In this document: positions 25,441 through 32,000 of the stretch, piece after piece | Layout of the letters: each line of letters starts with the position of its first letter | Numbering within the stretch: position 1 is the stretch's first letter | Source of the DNA: an archaeon | GTDB lineage: Archaea; Iainarchaeota; Iainarchaeia; Iainarchaeales; JANQMZ01 | Assembly (NCBI GenBank): GCA_028279805.1 | Contig: JANQMZ010000007.1 | Coordinates: 240,001 to 272,000 of the forward strand | DNA length: 32,000 nt | Reading direction: 5' to 3' | Program-made: the position numbers and the translations under genes | Notes under the pieces: generated by a model | Told to the model about the DNA's origin: nothing | Seen by the model: the letters and a program-made list of their open reading frames with translations, nothing else | Databases searched by the model: none

Positions 25441-26589
25441 TTATTTGACGTTAAAATCTTTTTCCCATTTTTTTTGAATCCTTTTAACAATCATTTCACT
25501 GGCTTCTGAGTCCAATTCTGTTAAAAGTTCCTTAAAAAATGAAAACATAAGCATTTTTCTGGCGCCCCGTTCATCAAATCCTCTTGACCGCAAATAAAAC
25601 ATTTTATCTTCATCAACCTGAGCAACAGTTGCTGCATGAGTTGCCTTAACATCATCTGCTTCAATTTCAAGGCCGGGAATGGCTACAAGCTTTGATTCAG
25701 GGCTTAAAAGCATTCCATGAGCTTCTAACAAGCCGTCAGTTCTTTGGGCTTTTGGCAAAACTTTTATCATTCCGTCAAAACTTGTTCTTGCTTTATCAGC
25801 CAAAACTCCTTTTAAAACAGTAAAACTTTTGGCATCAGGAACTGAATGCAATGAAAGCAAGTCAAAGTTTAATTTTTGTTCTTTTGCAAACAAAACCAAA
25901 TCATATTGCTTATAATTAGAACCTTGTTTTACTAAATTGTTTATCTGAGAAAAATTCATTAATTCAACGTCAGCAAAAACATTAAACAATAATAATTCTG
26001 AATCTTTTTCAATTAAAGAATTGTTAAAAACAAAACCATTGTTTAATTTGTCATAAATTGTTGCTAAGCTTATTTTTGATTCATTTTTAATATTTGTTGT
26101 TGTGCTTAAAGCAAAATCTTTTTCTGAAGAAATATTCTGAATAATTGTTAAACCCTGAATTTGCGGTTCAGCAAAATATAAATTTTTTGCAATACAACCA
26201 TTTTCAAAAACTAAATTTAAATGTAAAAAAGAATCTGGTTTTGCAGATTTTATGTAAACAAAATAACCTGAATTAAAAAAAGCATTTGGAAAAGCCTGAA
26301 ACTGGTTTTTTGGTTTTTGTTCATTGTTTAATAAAGACAAAATTTTGTCTTTGTGTTTTTCAAACGCTTTTTCAAATGGCAAAATTTCAAATTCAACATT
26401 TTTTTGTTCAATTATTTCAATTTTTGGTTTTTGTTTTGAATTGGCTTGAAGAATTGTTTGAATTTTTGTTTCATAATCCGGAACGTCAAAAGAAACACTT
26501 TTTTTTAACGGTTTTTTTTCAAACAATTCCAGATTTGTTTTTTTATAATTTTTAATTTGATTTTCAAGTTCGGAAAAAGTTAAAGTCAT
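25441..26589 (-). CDS. sufD: SufD-like Fe-S assembly protein
   Basis: SufB/SufD C-terminal pattern DGMIKVLPKAQRTDGLLEAHGMLLSPESKLVAIPGLEIEADDVKATHAATVAQVDEDKMFYLRSRGFDERGARKMLMFSF. Start MTLTFSELENQ preferred. Confidence 0.88.
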   Translation of the reverse strand: MTLTFSELENQIKNYKKTNLELFEKKPLKKSVSFDVPDYETKIQTILQANSKQKPKIEIIEQKNVEFEILPFEKAFEKHKDKILSLLNNEQKPKNQFQAFPNAFFNSGYFVYIKSAKPDSFLHLNLVFENGCIAKNLYFAEPQIQGLTIIQNISSEKDFALSTTTNIKNESKISLATIYDKLNNGFVFNNSLIEKDSELLLFNVFADVELMNFSQINNLVKQGSNYKQYDLVLFAKEQKLNFDLLSLHSVPDAKSFTVLKGVLADKARTSFDGMIKVLPKAQRTDGLLEAHGMLLSPESKLVAIPGLEIEADDVKATHAATVAQVDEDKMFYLRSRGFDERGARKMLMFSFFKELLTELDSEASEMIVKRIQKKWEKDFNVK

Positions 26590-26599
26590 TTTATCACCT

Positions 26600-28018
26600 T
26601 TAACCAATGCTGCCTTCCATTTCCAGTTCAATTAACCTGTTTAATTCGGCTGCATATTCCATCGGCAAAGATTTAACGAATGGCTGAATAAAACCTAAAA
26701 CAATTAATGTTAAGGCCTGTGATTCTGTCAAGCCTCGTGACATTAAATAGAATAATTGGTCTTCACCGATTTTTCCAACTGTTGCTTCATGAGTCAAAGA
26801 AGCGGTCGGATTGTCAACCTTAATTGTTGGATAAGTGTCACTGCGGGATTTGTCATCAATCAGTAAAGCGTCGCAAACCACGTTTGCTTTGCAGTTTTTG
26901 GCATTTTTGGCAATCTGCAAAATTCCCCTGTAAGAAGACCTGCCTCCTTCTTTGCTTATGCTTTTGCTTGTAATGTTGCTTGTTGTATTTGGAGCTAAGT
27001 GAACTGCTTTTGCTCCTGCATCCTGTGATTGTCCTTTTCCTGCCAGTGCAATGCTTAAAATTTCAGCTTTGGCTCCCTGTCCAAGCATGTAAACAGCCGG
27101 ATATTTCATTGTAACCTTGCTTCCTAAATTTCCGTCAACCCATTCAACTGTTGCATTTTCATAAGCAAACGCCCTTTTTGTAACCAGATTATAAACATTT
27201 GAAGACCAGTTCTGAATTGTTGTATAACGAACTTTGGAGTTTGGCAAAGCAACAACTTCAACAACAGCTGAATGCAATGAATCAGCAGTATAAACCGGTG
27301 CAGTACAACCTTCAATGTAATGAATTTTGCTTCCTGGTTCCGCGACAATTAAAGTTCTTTCAAACTGGCCGATTCGTTCAGCATTAATTCTGAAATAAGC
27401 TTGTAATGGAATGTCTGATTGAACATTTTTCGGAACATAAACAAAGCTGCCGCCAGACCAGACAGCAGTATTCAACGCTGCAAACTTGTTGTCATTGTGT
27501 GGAATGATTTTTGTAAAATATTTTTTTACAATTTCAGGAAATTGTTTTAAGCCTTCATCCATGCTTAAAAAAATTATGCCTTTTTCTTCCAATTCTTTTC
27601 TTAAATTGTGGTATACGACCTCAGAATCAAATTGTGCTCCGACTCCTGCTAAAAATTCTCTTTCAGCTTCCGGAATTCCAAGCCTTTCAAACGTGTTTTT
27701 AATTTCTTCAGGAACATCGTCCCATGATTTTGAATCAGTTGCTTTTGGTTTCATGTAATAAATAATGTCATCAAAATTAATTTTGCTTAAATCGGCACCC
27801 CATTTTGGCATTGCCATTTTTTTAAATGCTTTAAAAGCCTTTAATCTTAAATCAAGCATCCATTTTGGTTCATTTTTAATTTTGGAAATGGCTGCAACTG
27901 TTTTTTCACTTAAGCCTTTTTCTAAAATTAAATCATAAGCAGCATCAACAGAAAAATCGTATTTGCTATAATCTGTTATAGCAGCTGCTTTTTCCTGTTT
28001 TGTAAGGGTTTTAGGCAT
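26600..28018 (-). CDS. sufB: SufB Fe-S assembly protein
   Basis: PYKP-like N-terminus, [67 protein letters not shown]. Confidence 0.97.
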   Translation of the reverse strand: MPKTLTKQEKAAAITDYSKYDFSVDAAYDLILEKGLSEKTVAAISKIKNEPKWMLDLRLKAFKAFKKMAMPKWGADLSKINFDDIIYYMKPKATDSKSWDDVPEEIKNTFERLGIPEAEREFLAGVGAQFDSEVVYHNLRKELEEKGIIFLSMDEGLKQFPEIVKKYFTKIIPHNDNKFAALNTAVWSGGSFVYVPKNVQSDIPLQAYFRINAERIGQFERTLIVAEPGSKIHYIEGCTAPVYTADSLHSAVVEVVALPNSKVRYTTIQNWSSNVYNLVTKRAFAYENATVEWVDGNLGSKVTMKYPAVYMLGQGAKAEILSIALAGKGQSQDAGAKAVHLAPNTTSNITSKSISKEGGRSSYRGILQIAKNAKNCKANVVCDALLIDDKSRSDTYPTIKVDNPTASLTHEATVGKIGEDQLFYLMSRGLTESQALTLIVLGFIQPFVKSLPMEYAAELNRLIELEMEGSIG

Positions 28019-28801
28019 TTACAATAACTCCTCGTTTTTGATTTCAATGCCTTGTTCTGCTAAAAATTTAACATAGCCTTTTTCGTCTAATTCATCTGCA
28101 AGTTTTTTGTCGCCTGAAGCAACAATTTTTCCGTCAACCAAAACATGAACAAAATCAGGTTTTAAATGATTTAAAATTCGCACATAATGAGTTATAACCA
28201 AAGCCCCAAATTCTCCACCTCTAACAGAGTTAACTGCGTCGGAAACAAATTTTAAAGAATCAATGTCCAGGCCTGAATCGGTTTCATCGAGGATAGCCAT
28301 TTTGGATTTTAATGTCAGCATTTGTAAAATTTCAGCACGTTTTTTTTCTCCTCCTGAAAAACCAACATTTAAATCACGCTGAGGCAAATCTTCTTTCAAA
28401 CCCAGTTCTTTTGATTTTTCTTTTATTAATTTTTTAAATTCCATTAAAGTTTGCTCAGTTTTAGGATGCAATGATTTGTTTGCTTCCTGTAAAAAAGTGT
28501 TAAAAGGCAAACCCTCAACTTCCATTGGATACTGAAAAGACAAAAACAATCCAAGTTTTGCTCTTTCATCAGGCTCCAAATCCAGAATGCTTTTATCATT
28601 GAATAAAATTTCTCCTTTTGTAACTTCATAACGAGGATGACCCATTATTACATTAGCCAAAGTGCTTTTGCCCGAACCATTGGGGCCCATGATTGCATGA
28701 ACCTCCGGAGAACTAATTGTTAAATTAATTCCTTTCAGAATTTTTTTTCCCTCAATTTCAACGTGCAAGTTTTTAATTTCAAGTTTTGTCAAAAAAATCA
28801 C
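28019..28801 (-). CDS. sufC: SufC ATPase
   Basis: LEIKNLHVEIEGKKILKGINLTISSPEVHAIMGPNGSGKSTLANVIMGHP...FSGGEKKRAEILQM...AILDETDSGLDIDSL. Confidence 0.97.
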   Translation of the reverse strand: MIFLTKLEIKNLHVEIEGKKILKGINLTISSPEVHAIMGPNGSGKSTLANVIMGHPRYEVTKGEILFNDKSILDLEPDERAKLGLFLSFQYPMEVEGLPFNTFLQEANKSLHPKTEQTLMEFKKLIKEKSKELGLKEDLPQRDLNVGFSGGEKKRAEILQMLTLKSKMAILDETDSGLDIDSLKFVSDAVNSVRGGEFGALVITHYVRILNHLKPDFVHVLVDGKIVASGDKKLADELDEKGYVKFLAEQGIEIKNEELL

Positions 28802-29128
28802 CTAACATTTGTTGCAATGGCCACCGCAAGAATGCGAAAAATGATAATCGGCCATCTGAAAAACGTTTTTGTTTTTCTCATTTAATTCTTCCCTGACAGA
28901 ATCCTTCAAAGAATAAATTCTTTGCTTTCCAAGCTTTTTAACTTCTACATAATTACATGTTTTTAAATTTTGCAAAGAATGGGAAACATGGGATTGTTCT
29001 GCATTTAAATCATTGCATAATTCCTGAACGGATTTTGGTGAATCCATTAAATCCTGAATTATCTGGACGCGCAATTCGTTTGAAAGAGTGTCAAAACATT
29101 TGTGATATGGGACTGTTTTCAGACTCAT
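28802..29128 (-). CDS. ArsR-like winged-helix regulator with C-terminal His/Cys cluster
   Basis: FDTLSNELRVQIIQDLMDSPKSVQELCNDLNAEQSHVSHSLQNLKTCNYVEVKKLGKQRIYSL and C-terminal HFSHSCGGHCNKC. First gene of the suf cluster. Confidence 0.9.
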   Translation of the reverse strand: MSLKTVPYHKCFDTLSNELRVQIIQDLMDSPKSVQELCNDLNAEQSHVSHSLQNLKTCNYVEVKKLGKQRIYSLKDSVREELNEKNKNVFQMADYHFSHSCGGHCNKC

Positions 29129-29150
29129 ATGATAAATTGTTCATATGAAC
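29123..29150. promoter_or_regulatory. Candidate operator at the arsR-suf promoter
   Basis: Perfect palindrome GTTCATATGAAC (29139-29150) plus partial copy TCATATGA (29125-29132), centres 16 nt apart, between TATA-like CTTTAAATAG (minus strand, 29151-29160) and the start codon. Confidence 0.65.
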
Positions 29151-29175
29151 CTATTTAAAGATATTGGGTCAAAAA

Positions 29176-29823
29176 TCATGAAAATTTAAGCTTTTTCATT
29201 GTTTTATGCATGTTTTTTGACTTGAAAATGGTTGAGCCTGAAACCAATATATTGGCTCCTGCTTGAATGCATTTCGGAGCTGTTGTTTCATCAATGCCTC
29301 CGTCAACCTGAATTAAAAATTTTAATTTTTTCTTTTTGCGTTGTTCTGCCAAAAATTTGATTTTTTTTAATGTGCTTGGCAAAAATTTTTGGCCGCCAAA
29401 ACCGGCATTTACTCCCATTACCAGAACATAATCACAGTATTTTAAATAGGGTAAAACTTTTTTTTCTGAAATTTTTGCATTTATAACCAAGCCCGGTTTT
29501 GCCTCCATTCTTTTTAGTTTTTGAAGCAGTTTTTTGGGGTTTTTTGAGGTTTCCACGTGAAATGAAACCATGTCGGCTCCTGCTTTAACAAATTCCGGTG
29601 CAAATTTGTCAGGATTTGAAATCATTAAATGAACATCAAACGTTTTTCTGGTTATTTTTCTGCATTTTTTTATTACGGGCAAACCAATTGTAATGTTTGG
29701 CACATAATGGCCGTCCATTACATCCCAATGCAATAAGTCTGCTCCTGCTTTTAGAACGCGTTTTGTTTCTTTTTCAAGGTTTGCAAAATCGCTTGAAAGC
29801 ATTGAAGGAGCAATTTTAGTCAT
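29176..29823 (-). CDS. rpe: Ribulose-phosphate 3-epimerase
   Basis: MTKIAPSMLSSDFANLEKETKRVLKAGADLLHWDVMDGHYVPNITIG...MGVNAGFGGQKF...QVDGGIDETTAPKCIQAGANILVSGSTIF. Confidence 0.93.
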   Translation of the reverse strand: MTKIAPSMLSSDFANLEKETKRVLKAGADLLHWDVMDGHYVPNITIGLPVIKKCRKITRKTFDVHLMISNPDKFAPEFVKAGADMVSFHVETSKNPKKLLQKLKRMEAKPGLVINAKISEKKVLPYLKYCDYVLVMGVNAGFGGQKFLPSTLKKIKFLAEQRKKKKLKFLIQVDGGIDETTAPKCIQAGANILVSGSTIFKSKNMHKTMKKLKFS

Positions 29824-29971
29824 TTGAATCAAAAGGAAAAGGAATAAAAAGAATAAAAAGTATTCTACATTGTCTGGTGAAAAAGGATACAAAGACTTTT
29901 AAAGTCTTTTAAACCCAGTATTTAAAATTAAAAAAATGCTTTTTTTATAGAAGAAAACAGGGAAGATTTTA

Positions 29972-31927
29972 GTGGCTTTTGAATTCATTTTACCTTCGGC
30001 AATACTCGCATTAATTTCAGCCGGAGTTCTGGCTTTTATTGTTGTTGGAAAAGACCATGGCAATGAAAAAATTCAGGAATTGTCAACAGCAATCAGGGAA
30101 GGAGCATTTGCTTATTTGAAAAAACAGTATTCAATGCTCGCCGTTTTTGTTGTTTTGGTTGCAATAGTTTTATGGCAGGTTTTGGGCAATGAAGCTTTGG
30201 CTGTAAATTTTGTTTTGGGAGCAATCGCTTCCACTCTTGCAGGTTTTGTGGGAATGAATATTGCCACACTGGCTAATGCTAGGACTACTCAGGCTGCAAC
30301 AGTAAAACTTGAAGAAGCTTTAAGGGTTGCATTTTTTTCAGGAGCAGTACTGGGATTGTTTGCTGTTGGAATAGGATTACTGGGAATAAATTTATTGTAT
30401 GATTTTTTTGGTTCAACTGAATTAATTTTTGGTTTTGCTTTCGGAGCAAGTTCAGTTGCATTGTTTGCAAGAGTCGGCGGAGGAATTTACACAAAAGCAG
30501 CGGATGTTGGGGCAGACTTGGTTGGAAAAGTTGAAGCTGGAATTCCGGAAGATGATCCAAGGAACCCAGCGGTTATTGCTGACGCTGTAGGGGATAATGT
30601 TGGTGATGTTGCCGGAATGGGAGCAGACTTGTTTGAAAGTTATGTCGGGAGTATTATTGCTGCAATGGCTTTAGGAGTTTTAGCTTTTGGTTCAGAGGGA
30701 TTGTTTTTGCCGATGATTATTGCAAGCATCGGAATTGTCTCATCAGTTTTAGGAATTTTATATTTTAATTTTTTCAGAGGAAAAAACATTGGTTCTTCTT
30801 TAAGAAACGGAACAATTGTTGCAGCTGCATTAGTTGCATTTTCAACTTATTATTTTATAACAGAGTTTACCGGAATTGACATTGGAGTATTTTATTCAAT
30901 TATTTCAGGTTTGATTGCGGGTTTATTGATTGGTTTTATTACTGAGTATTATACTTCACATGATTTTAATCCGACAAGGTTTTTGTCAAAAAGTTCTGAA
31001 ACTGGTTCGGCTACAAACATTATTGCAGGATTAAGCTTGGGAAGCAAATCAACTGCTTTGCCAATACTTGTAATTGGTTTGGCTACTTGGACTGCTTTTC
31101 ATTTCGGAGGAGTTTATGGAATTGCTTTGGCAGGAGTTGGAATGCTGTCAACTCTGGGAATAACATTGGCTGTTGATGCTTATGGTCCGGTTGCGGATAA
31201 TGCAGGCGGATTATCTGAAATGGCAGGATTGGGTAAAAAGATTAGAAGCAGGACAGATGCTTTGGATGCAGCCGGTAATACTACTGCTGCTATTGGCAAA
31301 GGTTTTGCAATTGGTTCAGCTGCGTTAACTGCTTTGGCTTTATTTAATGCTTACGCTGCTACAACTGCAATTGAAGCAATTAATATTTTGAATCCGACTG
31401 TGATAATTGGCTTGTTAATCGGTGCAATGCTGCCTTATTTGTTTGCAAATTTTGCAATGTCGGCGGTTGGACAGGCAGCAGAGGAAATGATTTTAGAAGT
31501 TCGAAGACAATTTAAACAAATTAAAGGCTTAATGAAAGGCAAAGCAAAGCCTGATTATAAAAGATGTGTTGAAATTTCAACCAATGCAGCATTAAAAAGA
31601 ATGATTGCTCCGGGTTTGCTGGCAATATTTTCACCATTGGTGTTCGGTTTATTGTTAGGACCGGAAGCTGTTGGTGGCTTGCTGGCAGGAGCTCTTGCTT
31701 CAGGAGTAGTTCTTGCAATAATGATGGCTAATGCCGGCGGAGCATGGGATAATGCCAAGAAATATATTGAGTCAGGTAATTTCGGAGGCAAAGGTTCAGA
31801 TGCTCATAAAGCAGCTGTTGTTGGAGATACAGTTGGGGACCCTTTTAAAGATACTGCAGGGCCAAGCTTAAACATTCTCATTAAACTGATGAGTATTGTT
31901 TCAGTTGTTTTTGCAGTGTTATTTTAA
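29972..31927 (+). CDS. hppA: Membrane-bound ion-pumping pyrophosphatase, K+-dependent type signature
   Basis: [38 protein letters not shown]-type motif, [50 protein letters not shown]. Confidence 0.96.
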   Translation: MAFEFILPSAILALISAGVLAFIVVGKDHGNEKIQELSTAIREGAFAYLKKQYSMLAVFVVLVAIVLWQVLGNEALAVNFVLGAIASTLAGFVGMNIATLANARTTQAATVKLEEALRVAFFSGAVLGLFAVGIGLLGINLLYDFFGSTELIFGFAFGASSVALFARVGGGIYTKAADVGADLVGKVEAGIPEDDPRNPAVIADAVGDNVGDVAGMGADLFESYVGSIIAAMALGVLAFGSEGLFLPMIIASIGIVSSVLGILYFNFFRGKNIGSSLRNGTIVAAALVAFSTYYFITEFTGIDIGVFYSIISGLIAGLLIGFITEYYTSHDFNPTRFLSKSSETGSATNIIAGLSLGSKSTALPILVIGLATWTAFHFGGVYGIALAGVGMLSTLGITLAVDAYGPVADNAGGLSEMAGLGKKIRSRTDALDAAGNTTAAIGKGFAIGSAALTALALFNAYAATTAIEAINILNPTVIIGLLIGAMLPYLFANFAMSAVGQAAEEMILEVRRQFKQIKGLMKGKAKPDYKRCVEISTNAALKRMIAPGLLAIFSPLVFGLLLGPEAVGGLLAGALASGVVLAIMMANAGGAWDNAKKYIESGNFGGKGSDAHKAAVVGDTVGDPFKDTAGPSLNILIKLMSIVSVVFAVLF

Positions 31928-31951
31928 AAAAAATTACAAGAGGTGACAATT

Positions 31952-32000
31952 TTGGCAGAAGACAGATTTGGCAGAGAAATGCATAAAACAACTTGTTCTG
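31952..32000 (+). CDS. Start of a small Cys-containing (zinc-ribbon-like) protein, truncated
   Basis: AGAGGTG upstream, then (TTG)-A-E-D-R-F-G-R-E-M-H-K-T-T-C-S..., resembling the N-terminus of small CxxC proteins. Confidence 0.45.
   Translation, partial: MAEDRFGREMHKTTCS

Overview
All calls below were made by eye; nothing was aligned, folded or searched. The window looks like an archaeal, probably DPANN-type, chromosome segment. Supporting signs are A/V-type ATPase subunits I and H, TATA-like boxes, archaeal-style gene content and an AT-rich sequence. Mostly housekeeping genes are present: ATPase subunits (partial at the left edge), a YprB-like nuclease, an OB-fold protein, a HIT protein, an FKBP, MscS, fused GuaA, Fur, an RRM protein, ZnuACB with a NikR/RHH regulator, Nnr, a compact ArsR-sufCBD-sufS-sufU operon, Rpe and a K+-dependent-type membrane pyrophosphatase. 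Three minus-strand tRNAs are present: Arg-UCU, Ser-GGA and Ser-UGA. Main candidate novelties: (1) A family of GC-rich two-hairpin modules that keep their architecture while stem sequences vary. Type 1 is an 8-bp/triloop hairpin, a GTTYNC spacer, then a 5-6-bp hairpin with an AACA loop. Type 2 is an 8-bp/triloop hairpin, GCN, then GATTG-NNNN-TASGCAAT-N'N'N'N'-C. Four type 1 and two type 2 copies lie at tRNA ends and on both sides of a DUF1704/MATCAP-like metallopeptidase gene. (2) A Fur-box-controlled cluster Fur - RRM - (Tpx-like domain fused to flavin oxidoreductase with CCGDDCPC tail) - ACR3/BASS-like permease, a possible metalloid or thiol/oxidative stress system. (3) An ArsR-type, Cys/His-tailed candidate SUF regulator with a perfect palindrome between its TATA box and start codon.
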